Positions 40,189 through 51,168 of a stretch of DNA of 64,000 bases are shown here, piece by piece. The notes below the pieces were generated by a model. It saw nothing but the letters and a program-made list of their open reading frames with translations. It did not search any database and was not told the DNA's origin. The translations under genes and the position numbers were made by a program. The stretch is taken from positions 1 through 64,000 of IMG/VR virus record IMGVR_UViG_3300009314_000003, one strand, 5' to 3'. This DNA comes from a virus. The number at the start of each line of letters is the position of its first letter. Position 1 is the stretch's first letter.

Positions 40189-41943
40189 ATGGCAGCAATA
40201 AAAGAGAGAAGATATTTCTGGCAGGTGTGGCGGCCCAGGGAAGTTAGTGTGGTAGAAAGAATACACCAGATTGAGGAAGATAATGTCAGTGCTCATACAC
40301 AACTTACCGATACTCCCACACCCAAGGGGAGATCTGTAAGCATAAGCAGTGTTCTGCAGAAGTTACGTTCCACAGTACTAAGGGCGGCAGGGTTTGCTAC
40401 CAGGGGATCTTTTGAGGCAAGCGAGTGGGATCTTGTACAGGTACAGAATGCTGTTCAGACAGAATCCATACTTCGTAGGGCCATTGAGAAATATGTGGAG
40501 CAGATATGGAAGAATGGCTTCGAGTTCGTAGGTCAAAATCCCAAGACTACAAAGTATATCCGTAGGCGTTTTGAACAAATTGCTCAGGTAACAGGCAAGA
40601 CAACTATGGAGCTTTTTCAGGAGATAAGTTATTCCCTCGTGGTATATGCAAACGCCTTCGTCATTAAACAACGTAACATGAAAGCCTCCGGAGGTCGAAA
40701 GAGGGTAACCTTTGACAATAAACTTCGTGTCCCTGTTGCTGGTTATCGTGTGGTCGATCCCACTTCTATGTGGTTTGATGGGGATCGTTTTGGTAATGTA
40801 TATCGTTGGAAGCAAGTAATAGCGGGTATGGAGCAATCCTCCTTCTTTCATGTCTCCAAGGAGACAGCTAAGGAGTGGCCCCCTTATAATGTTATTCATT
40901 TCCAGGATCGTACGGCTACTCCCAGTAAATATTTCTTTGCTATGCCCATGGCTGTACCAGTGATACCCGATATCAAAGCCCTTCGTGAGACGGAGGAGCT
41001 AAGTCTTTTGCAGGCTATTAAATTTGCTATTCCCCGTTACCATGGCAAGGTCGGGGAAAAGGACAAACCCGGTACCCAACCTGAGCTTGATGCGCTTGCT
41101 GATCTGATTGATACTCTCCCCCATGACGCTGTTCTTGTCACCTCCAGCAGGGCTGAGATAGCTAATATATCCCGGAATGATAGTGTACTCGAGCTGGAGC
41201 CTTATTTGGAATATTGGCGCCAGCGTATTCTAACGGGCCTGGGTATGAGTGATGTTGGTATGGGGAGAGGCGAAAGTTCATCGAAAGCAACTGCACAGGT
41301 TCTATCGGCGGAGATGCAGTACACCACAGTCAAATTTCAGCAGATCATCAAGAAAACTATTGAAGAGGAAATGATTAAGGAGCTTCTCTTCGAGGCCGGT
41401 TACACACCCGAGACTCTAGGAATTGAGGACATGGTGCGGCTGCATGTACCGGAAATTGATCTGGAGGAGAAGATTAGGCGCGAAGCTCATTCCCTAAATC
41501 TTTATCTGACTAATGGTATCACCCAGGATGAGCTGCGTAAGGAGCTGGGCCGGGATATTGTATCGGAAGAGGAACAGAAGCTTATGTATTTACACCTGGT
41601 GCAAATACCATTGGCCCAGGCAAAGGCTAACCTCCTATCCCCCGGGGAAAATAGCGCTAGCAACAAAGCTCAGCCGGAAAATCAGTATGGTAAGAGTTTG
41701 GTCAAGCCGCGAATTACTAAGGAGGAGTATATGAGCCTTTGGGAGGATGTTGCTCAGTATGAGGAGGAGAAAGCCATTATTCATACCATTACTACCTCAC
41801 CCATACTTAATGATTATACAGAAATGCGAGATCATTTGGTAACCCATCTACGTGAGGCTTTAAGGCATAATGGTATTATGCCCTCCCATGTTGTGAATTT
41901 AGTATTTCAAACCCTAGAACCTCACCTAACCGAAGAGTATTAG
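40189..41943 (+). CDS. portal protein
   Basis: Position after the terminase; LVVYANAF, VDP, VIHF, NGITQDELRKELG. Confidence 0.85.
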   Translation: MAAIKERRYFWQVWRPREVSVVERIHQIEEDNVSAHTQLTDTPTPKGRSVSISSVLQKLRSTVLRAAGFATRGSFEASEWDLVQVQNAVQTESILRRAIEKYVEQIWKNGFEFVGQNPKTTKYIRRRFEQIAQVTGKTTMELFQEISYSLVVYANAFVIKQRNMKASGGRKRVTFDNKLRVPVAGYRVVDPTSMWFDGDRFGNVYRWKQVIAGMEQSSFFHVSKETAKEWPPYNVIHFQDRTATPSKYFFAMPMAVPVIPDIKALRETEELSLLQAIKFAIPRYHGKVGEKDKPGTQPELDALADLIDTLPHDAVLVTSSRAEIANISRNDSVLELEPYLEYWRQRILTGLGMSDVGMGRGESSSKATAQVLSAEMQYTTVKFQQIIKKTIEEEMIKELLFEAGYTPETLGIEDMVRLHVPEIDLEEKIRREAHSLNLYLTNGITQDELRKELGRDIVSEEEQKLMYLHLVQIPLAQAKANLLSPGENSASNKAQPENQYGKSLVKPRITKEEYMSLWEDVAQYEEEKAIIHTITTSPILNDYTEMRDHLVTHLREALRHNGIMPSHVVNLVFQTLEPHLTEEY

Positions 41944-41945
41944 AA

Positions 41946-42314
41946 ATGATTGAAGAGAAGAAAGAATTTATAGAGTTCAAATGCCCGCCGAGTTGTGGTC
42001 GTATGCTCTGCCGGTATATTGAGAAACCAAGTAATGAACCGTACGCCTTTGAAATTAAATGCCATCACCACGGCTGTAATGCGCTCAATTACCGTGGTAA
42101 TGTTATTGTAACTGACAGTATGGAAGAGTTTCGTTGCTATGCCATTGACAAGAAGAAGAGCGTTCATTGGGGCGCCGAAACTGTTTGTAACAAGCTTCTG
42201 GCTAGGATATTACCTGGCACAGAGCTGGAAATTAGATGTCCTCGTTGCGGAGCGATTGTAAATAGTAATGAGGCAGACATCAAAACACCCGAGAGTGTTG
42301 AGGCAGAGAAATAA
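41946..42314 (+). CDS. tandem Com-like zinc-ribbon protein
   Basis: Two units of the form E.RC..C.K/R.L...EI.C..C...N. Confidence 0.6.
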   Translation: MIEEKKEFIEFKCPPSCGRMLCRYIEKPSNEPYAFEIKCHHHGCNALNYRGNVIVTDSMEEFRCYAIDKKKSVHWGAETVCNKLLARILPGTELEIRCPRCGAIVNSNEADIKTPESVEAEK

Positions 42315-42327
42315 TACAGGTATATAA

Positions 42328-44109
42328 ATGAACAACAAATTACTTATCGATACTATTGAGGTTGATGCTAAAAAAGCTAATAAGGATTATGTATTCACCA
42401 CCATTCCCAAGGCGGCCTTACTTACAACTATTGATGCTACACACTCAGGATATGTTAATAGTAACTTCTATTACTATGATCCTGATTCTATGAAGGAATC
42501 CTACCATACATGGACAACTCCCTACAAGAAGCCAATCCTACGACATCATAATTTAGGCGGTGGTTTATTTTCTTCGGCCGAGGATCCTATGGGCCGTGTA
42601 CAAGATGCTCGCTTCCTAAAGGATGCCCGTGGTGGGTTCATTCAACTTGATGCTCGCATCACAGATGAAGATGCTAAGGCTAAAATAATGGATAGCCGTT
42701 ATGAAACCGTCTCTACGGCGGGTAAGCCTGTAGACTTTGTGGAATGCTCTGTTTGTGGCGTGAATATGCTTAAGGGTGGAAAGTTCTGTGGCCACAACAG
42801 GGGTCAGGTATATGAGGATGAGGAATCCGCTGAGAAAAAGCTTGCTTATTGGAAGATTGGTCCGATGCAGTATAAGGAGATGTCATTTGTTAATGCGCCG
42901 GCAGATCAATCTGATACACACGCGGCCCGGGTAGTGAGTTGGCAATTTGCTGACTCTGAGCAACCAGCCCCAGCTCAACAGGACCAGGTTCGGCACACAG
43001 GTATTTGGGTGTTTGATACCCAGGTTGTTTTACCTGATTCAGGTATAATTACTCTCTTTCGGGAGAAGCCAGATGAGGATATGATCGTTAATAAATCCCT
43101 CTGGGAAGCAATCGAGGGAGATATATCACGTTATGCTGAGCTTGGTGGTTTGGTATTAAGGCCCGACAGTGTTGTGACCCCGATCTCCACTACTGTCCCC
43201 GAGGGGGCCAATCTGGCCCAGGAAGAACATTTTGCCCAGGAGGGGCAAGATGATGATGATGATGAAGAGTGGACAGAAGACGATCTTAAGGTCCTTGACT
43301 GGTTAATGGACGAATTGGAGAAGCTGGAAGATGAAGCCCTATCCAAATCTCGTAAGCTAACAAACAAAGTTGGACAGAAGGGTAAAGTGGCTCATAATCA
43401 TGTTGTCCGTCTTAATGAGGTAGGCAATGGTCGCACAGATTGGGTTCTGAGCCATTCCCATGATGTTGTGAACAGTAAAATATCTGATGCAGTAAGCAGA
43501 GGTGAAGAAAAGGCACATAACCACAGTATTACCGAGGATCTGAAGGTTCCTAAGAAGAAATGCCCGTGGGAACTATACGAACGATATACCACAGACTTCC
43601 CCAACATTAAGGGGGCCAGGAAGCACCGTCACGTTGTTGACCTCAACGAAGCGGAAAACGGAGACACTGAATATGTTGTCGCCCATAACCATGAAGTCGT
43701 TGGCAACCGCATCCTACCTTCCACAGCCGATGGTGATACAAAGGCCCACACTCATAAGTTGGGTGATCTTCTGACCGAGGATCAGTGGTTAGATGAGGAG
43801 ACATGGGATATTGTGACAGAGGCTAAAGATAAACTCTCTGAAAAGACTAAGAAGTCCGCTAGTAAGGCAGGAAAGAAATTTTGTGGCCCTCAGGATCCGA
43901 GGAAAGGTCGTAAAAGCTTCCCGGCTTATAGATGCCAAAATGTGCGCAGCGGATTACAGCTTTTGGCTAAGTACAAAGGGCCTGGTTCCAAGGCAAAAAT
44001 ACGTAAGTGTTTATTATCTCAGAACAAGAAGCTGAAGTGTGGTATTACCACTAAAGACCTAGAGGTCTATGATCTTCTAGCTCTAGTTGAAACCCTCATA
44101 AGCGGGTAA
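42328..44109 (+). CDS. prohead (capsid maturation) protease with His-repeat extension
   Basis: THSG..N.N, KPILRHH, PMGRV, RYETVS, CSVCG/CGH, EMSFVNAPAD; located between portal and capsid genes. Confidence 0.8.
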   Translation: MNNKLLIDTIEVDAKKANKDYVFTTIPKAALLTTIDATHSGYVNSNFYYYDPDSMKESYHTWTTPYKKPILRHHNLGGGLFSSAEDPMGRVQDARFLKDARGGFIQLDARITDEDAKAKIMDSRYETVSTAGKPVDFVECSVCGVNMLKGGKFCGHNRGQVYEDEESAEKKLAYWKIGPMQYKEMSFVNAPADQSDTHAARVVSWQFADSEQPAPAQQDQVRHTGIWVFDTQVVLPDSGIITLFREKPDEDMIVNKSLWEAIEGDISRYAELGGLVLRPDSVVTPISTTVPEGANLAQEEHFAQEGQDDDDDEEWTEDDLKVLDWLMDELEKLEDEALSKSRKLTNKVGQKGKVAHNHVVRLNEVGNGRTDWVLSHSHDVVNSKISDAVSRGEEKAHNHSITEDLKVPKKKCPWELYERYTTDFPNIKGARKHRHVVDLNEAENGDTEYVVAHNHEVVGNRILPSTADGDTKAHTHKLGDLLTEDQWLDEETWDIVTEAKDKLSEKTKKSASKAGKKFCGPQDPRKGRKSFPAYRCQNVRSGLQLLAKYKGPGSKAKIRKCLLSQNKKLKCGITTKDLEVYDLLALVETLISG

Positions 44110-44279
44110 GCAGTACAGCAGAATTAACCTATCCACACACATACACATACTAAAGATGAATTATAATGGTACAGAATGATTATAGTACGTACCAAATAAG
44201 GGCCGTTGAGTCTATTCAAACAGACTTGAAATAGTTACTTCCTTCTCAGGGCTTGTTTAAAGGCCCGTAAGAATTGGAG

Positions 44280-44290
44280 TGACATAACTA
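44280..44290 (+). promoter_or_regulatory. candidate late promoter motif TGACATAACTA
   Basis: Intergenic, upstream of the scaffold/capsid genes. Confidence 0.5.
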
Positions 44291-44314
44291 TATATAGCAG
44301 GACAACTGCATAAA

Positions 44315-45022
44315 ATGATGATAAATGATAACTATCCATCAATAAGTAGTAACACGTTACAGAGCCTCACAGAGATACTCTATCATATTCCCCTAGACAA
44401 ACTCGACCGAATTAAGAAGGTGGTCGCATATAGCGGCTACTCTGAGGAAGTGGTAGATATATTTCTGCAGGCACTGACTCAAATAGGAGACAAAATGTCC
44501 ATGACTATGAACCTTGAGGAAATTCTGGCCTTGGATGAGGTTCAGGAGCACCTTAGACAGAAGGTTGACGAGGCTGTACAAAACAGTGAGATAACTCATC
44601 GAGAAGAGTCGGCTGATATAAAGGCCGGGTTTGAGAATGAGTTGCAAGTACTCAGGGATGAGAAGAATACTTCCGCCCAGGAGTACCATGCGCTTGTTGT
44701 GGACAGTATCGTCTTCCTATCAACCATACTACGTAAAGACGTCATTGATTTTAATGATGAAGCAGGATCCCAGGAGAAATATCGGGAAGAGCTATCAAGT
44801 AGTTCCGAAGAGGAATTGAAAGAGACACTCTCCGAACTCCAGGGCGAGTACATTGCTTCGTTTAGCAATGTTCCGGCCGAATCTCTTGACGGCGAAGTCG
44901 TTACAGAGAGCGGTCAGAGAAACCCCTCCGAGGGTTCTGATGGAGATGAGAAGGCAGTGACAATATCATCACTTGGTGATGTTCTCAAAGTAGCCTTCAA
45001 ATCCATTGGAAAGAATAATTAA
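44315..45022 (+). CDS. probable capsid scaffolding protein
   Basis: Acidic coiled-coil ORF upstream of the capsid genes; the true start may be MSMTM at 44495. Confidence 0.55.
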   Translation: MMINDNYPSISSNTLQSLTEILYHIPLDKLDRIKKVVAYSGYSEEVVDIFLQALTQIGDKMSMTMNLEEILALDEVQEHLRQKVDEAVQNSEITHREESADIKAGFENELQVLRDEKNTSAQEYHALVVDSIVFLSTILRKDVIDFNDEAGSQEKYREELSSSSEEELKETLSELQGEYIASFSNVPAESLDGEVVTESGQRNPSEGSDGDEKAVTISSLGDVLKVAFKSIGKNN

Positions 45023-45045
45023 GTAAATGGAGTTGCTATACTAAA

Positions 45046-46191
45046 ATGGCTAAACTCACATTCTCTGCACAGAGCGGACGTAAGAGACCTATTAAGCCTG
45101 TCTCCAGTAAGTATCTGGAATCCAAAATCAGGCCTAATATTGAGGTCTCCGATGGTATCCGCCCGGCTCTTCCTCTCATACCTCTACGGTATCTTCCTGT
45201 AAAGTTCCAGGATGTTACCACGGAGCAGTGGGTGGTAATTCCAAAGGGCCGGATCGTATCAGCTGTTATGGCAACTAATTCAATTAATGAACCATCCAGC
45301 GAACATCTAGAGATAGGTCATGCCTCTGGTGATATCCAGACTGGCTATGCCTCTGAACTTGACGGTTCAACTGCACTATCTCTTGGGGCAGATACAAGTT
45401 ACTATGGCATCAGCCGTAATATCCTGGGCCTTATGGTCCCAGCTAACGGTGGTGCTGTATTCGAAGTAACTTATGATGCTGATGATGTCAGCGCTAATGT
45501 ACCTTCCGTGGTAAATACTGGCTCACCTGTGGCAGCGGCTGAGGGATATACCCTTCCAGCAAATATGCCCATTGGTATTGCTATGTATGATGTTTACCAG
45601 GATATTCGTGGTGCTCATTTGAATTACGAGCTGTGGAAAAACTATGGCGTCCTCGCAGAACACGTCATCAAGCTTCCATTTGTTGATGTATATGAACTCG
45701 AGGCCCTTTCTGAGGTATCAGCAAATAGTTTCACAAATCTTTCGGGTGCTAATGATGCACCGTTAGCTATTGCTGAAGCTGCTGGTGGTTATGAAGCGGT
45801 TGAGAAATACTACTCCTTCCTAACCTTTAATACCTCGCAAACAGGTCATGGCCTGGCAGGTTCCCTTGTGAAGTCCGATGTCTTCGGTAACTTTGCTATG
45901 CAAGGGGCCAGTTTGGCTGAAAGCCGTAACACACAGACTGTAGGTCGCTTGATTGGTATTGATACACGCCATCCCAAGGATCTCCTTGAGACGGTTGACA
46001 CATACTGGGACCAGTTCCAGACCGGTACCAAAACAGCCGGCGTACCTGAGAACCTGTATGACTTCGCTGATAAAATCTTCACGGGTTGTGGCATTACTTG
46101 GCCCTCCGATAAGGATAAGGCAATCTATATTCGAGATGCAATCCAGGCGGGTGCCATAGGTTATGCCCATATACAGATATCTCTGCGTTAG
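45046..46191 (+). CDS. probable head decoration / minor capsid protein
   Basis: VVIPKGRIV...PIG.A motifs; immediately upstream of the major capsid gene. Confidence 0.65.
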   Translation: MAKLTFSAQSGRKRPIKPVSSKYLESKIRPNIEVSDGIRPALPLIPLRYLPVKFQDVTTEQWVVIPKGRIVSAVMATNSINEPSSEHLEIGHASGDIQTGYASELDGSTALSLGADTSYYGISRNILGLMVPANGGAVFEVTYDADDVSANVPSVVNTGSPVAAAEGYTLPANMPIGIAMYDVYQDIRGAHLNYELWKNYGVLAEHVIKLPFVDVYELEALSEVSANSFTNLSGANDAPLAIAEAAGGYEAVEKYYSFLTFNTSQTGHGLAGSLVKSDVFGNFAMQGASLAESRNTQTVGRLIGIDTRHPKDLLETVDTYWDQFQTGTKTAGVPENLYDFADKIFTGCGITWPSDKDKAIYIRDAIQAGAIGYAHIQISLR

Positions 46192-46314
46192 TAATAGATA
46201 CAATAAGACTACCAAGGCTCCGGTTCTTAACAGGACCGGAGACCTTCTGTCTCCCCAGGTCCTTAGAGGCCAAATCATTTGCACGCTTAATATCTGAGGA
46301 GTGCAATAAATAAT

Positions 46315-47658
46315 ATGAAGATACTAAGTACAAACCGTACTGGCGAACAGATCCTTAATGATCTTGTCTACAATGTCTTCACGAATAATGGCGTGGTTGG
46401 TCTTCCAAAAGAGGATAAAACCATTGTCCAGCTCGGTTTTAATGATCTCTTTTCCATCCCTGAGGAGTTAAAGAGTATTCCGGAGATTGCTGACACGGTT
46501 ACTAGTAAGGACCTAACAAGGTTCATTGAAACCTCAATTTCCCGTGTAGTTAGAGATGCTATTGAGCCTGAGCTCGTTGTTGTGCCAAATCTGTTTACCG
46601 ATATTCGGTATGAAGGACCTGGGCGACAGGTTGAGATTGGCTCACTAGGTGCGTTTCATGCGGCTGAGGTTCCAGAAGGCGGGGAATATGAAGAGGTTGA
46701 ATTTAACTTTGGTGAGGGTCACATGATCCAGGTAGGTATCTCCAAGCATGGCTTGAAGATGCGTGTTACTGAAGAAGTTATAGAAGACAATCTCTTTGAT
46801 GTTTTCGGTCTCTGGCTTCGTATGGCTGGCCGAGCTCTTGCAAGACATAAGGAGGAATATGGTATCAAACTCGTAAATGATATGGGTATTGATGTATTTG
46901 ATAATTCCTCTCCATCCACAGCGGATATAGGTTCTTGTTCCGGCCGCGGTATAGATGGCGCACAGAATGGCTCCATGACGGTAGATGATATTTTTGAGAT
47001 GTATGCCTATCTCTATCTACGAGGTTTTGCGCCTGACACCTTATTGATGAATCCATTATCCTGGAAGGTCTTTATGACGGATCCAGAAACTCGTGAGATC
47101 ATTTTTAAAGGTGCTACACTGGCAACCAACAGACTCCCTGGCGGAAGCTATTCCAAAGCATTTGGAACCGGCTTTGCCGGTCTGGGTGCTCGGACAACTG
47201 CCACGGGCCGTGGATTCGACAGCTCAACGGGTGGTGACGATAATCGTGTAGCTGGTAACAATCCATTTGTAACGTCCCTTAATCCTTTAGGGGCCACATT
47301 TCAGATTGCTCCAAGCTATCTCCCGTCACCTCTTAGGGTGATTGTATCGCCACACGTAACATATAAGACAGCTACTGTAGGCTCTGCAACTAAACATGTA
47401 GCCGATATCATTATGGCTGACAGTTCACGCTGCGGTCTTTTACTCAGTAAGGAAGAACCTTCCATTGATGAGTGGAACGATCCGGAACGCGATATTCGGG
47501 CTATGAAGATAAAGGAACGTTGGGGTATGGGTCTGTTTGAACAGGGTAAGGGTATTGCCGTTGCTCGCGATGTTGTTATTGAGAAGAACTATGTCTTTGA
47601 CAATGTTAATCAACAGGTGTTATCAGCCCTTAACCATAGCTCAGCTATTGTAGACTAG
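46315..47658 (+). CDS. major capsid protein (HK97 fold)
   Basis: AEVPEGGEY, KHGLKMRVTEEVIED, LLMNP, MKIKERWG; gene order. Confidence 0.9.
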   Translation: MKILSTNRTGEQILNDLVYNVFTNNGVVGLPKEDKTIVQLGFNDLFSIPEELKSIPEIADTVTSKDLTRFIETSISRVVRDAIEPELVVVPNLFTDIRYEGPGRQVEIGSLGAFHAAEVPEGGEYEEVEFNFGEGHMIQVGISKHGLKMRVTEEVIEDNLFDVFGLWLRMAGRALARHKEEYGIKLVNDMGIDVFDNSSPSTADIGSCSGRGIDGAQNGSMTVDDIFEMYAYLYLRGFAPDTLLMNPLSWKVFMTDPETREIIFKGATLATNRLPGGSYSKAFGTGFAGLGARTTATGRGFDSSTGGDDNRVAGNNPFVTSLNPLGATFQIAPSYLPSPLRVIVSPHVTYKTATVGSATKHVADIIMADSSRCGLLLSKEEPSIDEWNDPERDIRAMKIKERWGMGLFEQGKGIAVARDVVIEKNYVFDNVNQQVLSALNHSSAIVD

Positions 47659-47693
47659 TACAGATAGCACATTAGCATATATACACACAATCA

Positions 47694-47725
47694 GATAGTG
47701 GTGGGGCAATAACCCCGCCGCTATC
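47694..47725 (+). terminator. stem-loop after the capsid gene
   Basis: GATAGTGGTGGGG/CCCCGCCGCTATC hairpin; weak U-tract. Confidence 0.45.
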
Positions 47726-47774
47726 ATCTGTGTATATGTATATGGACTAAAACAGTGGAGGAATCAATACCTAT

Positions 47775-48455
47775 ATGAGTACTGACAAAGAACAAAAGAA
47801 TACCACCAAAAAGGAATTTAGTAAGAAATACGTTATTCTAACCAATCAGATGATGTGGCAGGATCCAACAACTAAGTTTCAGTTGAATTGGTTTAATCCC
47901 GAGGAGGAGGAGTCCTGGTGGGCCAGGACTGAGGATATTCCTGGTGAGGCTGTGGATATAGTTAAGAAGGCCATTGGTATGGGGATATTAAAGGTAGCGA
48001 ATAGTTATAAGAAGTGGGCTGATAAGAACAAGGTAGCGGGATCTAAAGGACGCCGAAAGGATAAACTTGTTTGGACCGAGTTGGATAAGGATGATGTTAA
48101 GGCAAATAAACGGACTCCAAGGAATCCTAGCATTGCTAAAGGTACATTAACTTATGGAGACCAAAACTCAAAGGCCTATCAGATATTGCAGAAGACAGTT
48201 ATAGAACTTACAAAGGAGCTACCTAAAATAACTGCCTCTATGTCAAAGGAGAATGCAGAAGCTTTTCTTCGTGAAGCTATGGACATTGAAAAGCACGGGT
48301 ACAACCGCGTATTACATCCCCGTGACAGTGTACTCGATACAATCAAACAAATTCTGGTGAGTATGGGCCTTTCCTCCGGCATTACTCGGGTGGTGCAGGA
48401 GAGGGATGATGAACCCATTACCAGGGATAGCAAACCCGTAAGGTTTGCTCTTTAA
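47775..48455 (+). CDS. hypothetical protein
   Basis: 226-aa ORF with GGAGG RBS. Confidence 0.65.
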   Translation: MSTDKEQKNTTKKEFSKKYVILTNQMMWQDPTTKFQLNWFNPEEEESWWARTEDIPGEAVDIVKKAIGMGILKVANSYKKWADKNKVAGSKGRRKDKLVWTELDKDDVKANKRTPRNPSIAKGTLTYGDQNSKAYQILQKTVIELTKELPKITASMSKENAEAFLREAMDIEKHGYNRVLHPRDSVLDTIKQILVSMGLSSGITRVVQERDDEPITRDSKPVRFAL

Positions 48456-48465
48456 GACTGTGTAA

Positions 48466-49821
48466 ATGACCACCTTTGATGTTACGTCAATATCTCCATC
48501 ATTTAATGCCACTGATGTATTACTTGATACAACAGTGGAAGCCACATTCAATGCGGCTGTACTTGCCTCCAGCGTAACTTCCCTCAGCTTCAGTTTTGTA
48601 AAAGCCAACACCCTAACACCTATTGAGGGCACGGTTACTTTAGTTGGCAACAATACAGTACGCTATACTCCCAACGATAATTTAGCAGGCAATACACGCT
48701 ATACAGCTATCGTTATGGGTGGGCCACATGGAATTATCTCAGCCGGGCAGCAAGAACTTATATCTCCTACCATCTCATGGAGCTTTACAACCGGCTTATA
48801 TGAGGATAGTGAGGATCAAGAGGATTCCATTCCATTCGGTGTTGACCCAACAACCCAACCTACGGGAGATGAACTCTATATAGTTTCTTCAGAGCCGCTC
48901 GATGATAGTATAGGTGTTCTCTCTCCGAGTTTGAGAATAGCACTCACAGGACCTGTTCCTTCCGATACAGCCGCCTCTATTAAGGCTTATCATCCCCTTG
49001 GATATCCAATGGGTGATAGTTATTGGCAGAAGTATTCTCAGTCTGTTGTAAGTGGGGATTATATTATTATTACCTCATCCGGCGATTTGTCTGAGGATGT
49101 GGCTATTAGATTAGTGCTTTATGATGATGAAACCGAGATAGAGGAAAGTTCTATTGTGGTAGCTAGTTCTGGGGCTATATCAGATGGTATGATACCGTGT
49201 ACCTTTGTTACCGACCCAAATTTTACTTATGAGGTGGATGTTTTCATTCCTACCAACAGATTTACTCCCGAGGTATCCTTTCTTTCAGAAATGGTACCCC
49301 AATACGCCCCGGTAGAGGAATTACGTCTGGCTATGGGACCTGCAACGGGTAAGTTTAATGACTATACCTTATCAGTTTTACTCTATAAGATTAGTCGAAT
49401 AGCAAAGGATATATGGACCGGTAATAACCATACCTGGCCCAGTACGGTCCCCTACTATGCTAAGGAATATGTTCTTGCCAGGGCCCAGCGTGATTTGGTA
49501 CAGATTATTCTTCGTGACCCCGGAGGTTCCGGAGGAGCTTCAAAAGCTCTAGGGGATATTCGTATACAAACCAGAACTGATTCAGATACCTTAGCAGAAG
49601 ATCTGCGGCAGTTGGATCTTCTTACAAACATCCTTGCTGGTAAATTAGCCAGGGGAGACATAGGCACCAGGCCAATATCTGGTCCTGTTTGGGCAGAAGC
49701 GAGTAAAGGCGGCAGTTATGGTACAATAGGAAGATACTCTGAGGACTATGGGCCAGAGGACCTATACTCTAGGAGCGGCAGCAACAATTTTAGTCGTGGA
49801 ATCAAAGAGCAGAAGAGATAA
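48466..49821 (+). CDS. Ig-like domain virion protein / head-tail adaptor
   Basis: N-terminal SP...ATDV...ATFN...YTP..NL...YT...WSFTTG; C-terminal SKALGD motif. Confidence 0.7.
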   Translation: MTTFDVTSISPSFNATDVLLDTTVEATFNAAVLASSVTSLSFSFVKANTLTPIEGTVTLVGNNTVRYTPNDNLAGNTRYTAIVMGGPHGIISAGQQELISPTISWSFTTGLYEDSEDQEDSIPFGVDPTTQPTGDELYIVSSEPLDDSIGVLSPSLRIALTGPVPSDTAASIKAYHPLGYPMGDSYWQKYSQSVVSGDYIIITSSGDLSEDVAIRLVLYDDETEIEESSIVVASSGAISDGMIPCTFVTDPNFTYEVDVFIPTNRFTPEVSFLSEMVPQYAPVEELRLAMGPATGKFNDYTLSVLLYKISRIAKDIWTGNNHTWPSTVPYYAKEYVLARAQRDLVQIILRDPGGSGGASKALGDIRIQTRTDSDTLAEDLRQLDLLTNILAGKLARGDIGTRPISGPVWAEASKGGSYGTIGRYSEDYGPEDLYSRSGSNNFSRGIKEQKR

Positions 49822-49826
49822 TATAC

Positions 49827-50300
49827 ATGAGTAGCTCACAAATATTTGGAGGGGAGTCTTCCCTATCTGATAGTATAGGAAGAGACTTTGACGTGTTTCT
49901 GGAGGACTTTGGTCATTGGGTTATTTACCGCCGGTATGACCTAACCAGGAAATCTACTTACGTAGATGAAACTACTGGTGAGGGTGTAAGTGGCCCACGC
50001 TGGACTTATGTGGATGAACCAATCAAAATTAGACACGACTCGGCCAGTGTACGCGCTATTGCCGGGCTTATAGAAGATGAAAGTAAAATATATTGTGGTG
50101 CTGAGGTACGACCAAAGAGAGGTGATGTAGTAATAGAGATCGATTATGATGGTGACAGTAATAAGCTTACTCCTGGTGTAGTAATGTCTTACCCCCACCG
50201 GGAGGCATATCGTATTGATGAGCTTGACACCAAACGTGGTATTGGGGGCCATGTGGTCTATTATCGCCTCATTGTGAAGCCGGAGTTGAAGGATTACTAA
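49827..50300 (+). CDS. probable head closure/neck protein
   Basis: Position in the neck region; PKRGDVVIE. Confidence 0.55.
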   Translation: MSSSQIFGGESSLSDSIGRDFDVFLEDFGHWVIYRRYDLTRKSTYVDETTGEGVSGPRWTYVDEPIKIRHDSASVRAIAGLIEDESKIYCGAEVRPKRGDVVIEIDYDGDSNKLTPGVVMSYPHREAYRIDELDTKRGIGGHVVYYRLIVKPELKDY

Positions 50301-50305
50301 AACAT

Positions 50306-50983
50306 ATGAGTAAGATAAGACTGTACAACGAAGACATATCCCAAGAACCTACGTTGGTTTGTCTTACTGTGGATGGTAGTTCTATCCCAACTGGGGTTAG
50401 TCTATACTCCTTCATCTCGGGTATGCGAAGGACACTCAAGATGATTGCACCTGCCCTACATTTTGAGCCGGCGTACCCGGATTATATTATAAATTATGAT
50501 GAAACCAAATTTGAGACGGCTATTACCTGGGAAGTGCAAACTATGGCCCCTACGAAATTAGGTGGGAGTCCATCAAAATCTCCAAGCATTGGAACAAGGG
50601 AAATAAAGCCCCGTCTTCGCTCTGAGGTACATGTTGATGGTAAGTATTATCAAATTACCGGGCAATTCCTTGATTGTTTCCTACGGTTTGTTGTATGGGC
50701 CAAAACCGCAAGCGAGTCGGAACAAGTAACTCAGTGGTTTCAATCAGATTTCATGAATAACTTTTCACGCCTGTTTGGTTCACAGCAGGTATATCTTTAT
50801 GAACGGTCGAGAGATAGCGAATTGTTGAAGATAAACAATACGCTTCAAACAAGGTCCCTGGAGTATTATGTACTCCTGGAGGACTACACAGCCATATTGA
50901 CAAGCACGATCCAAGAGATCAAAGTGGATATAGAAGCTAAGGATACACTTACTAATATCATGGGCCATGGAAATGATACCTAA
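50306..50983 (+). CDS. probable tail completion/terminator protein
   Basis: Position just before the sheath gene; EIKPRLR...F.VWAKT. Confidence 0.55.
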   Translation: MSKIRLYNEDISQEPTLVCLTVDGSSIPTGVSLYSFISGMRRTLKMIAPALHFEPAYPDYIINYDETKFETAITWEVQTMAPTKLGGSPSKSPSIGTREIKPRLRSEVHVDGKYYQITGQFLDCFLRFVVWAKTASESEQVTQWFQSDFMNNFSRLFGSQQVYLYERSRDSELLKINNTLQTRSLEYYVLLEDYTAILTSTIQEIKVDIEAKDTLTNIMGHGNDT

Positions 50984-51168
50984 TATCGTTTTCCATAGGG
51001 CTGTGATTTAGATCATACAAATGTTATCATCATCATTATCATCATTATCACACCGTCCTGTTTTGAGTGATGTAAGTGTCAATGTGATGATACAACCTTG
51101 TTGTTCATCAGTATGTGCGTCAATATATGAGCTGATTTATTACTCTCACAGCAGGAGTAAGAAATAGA

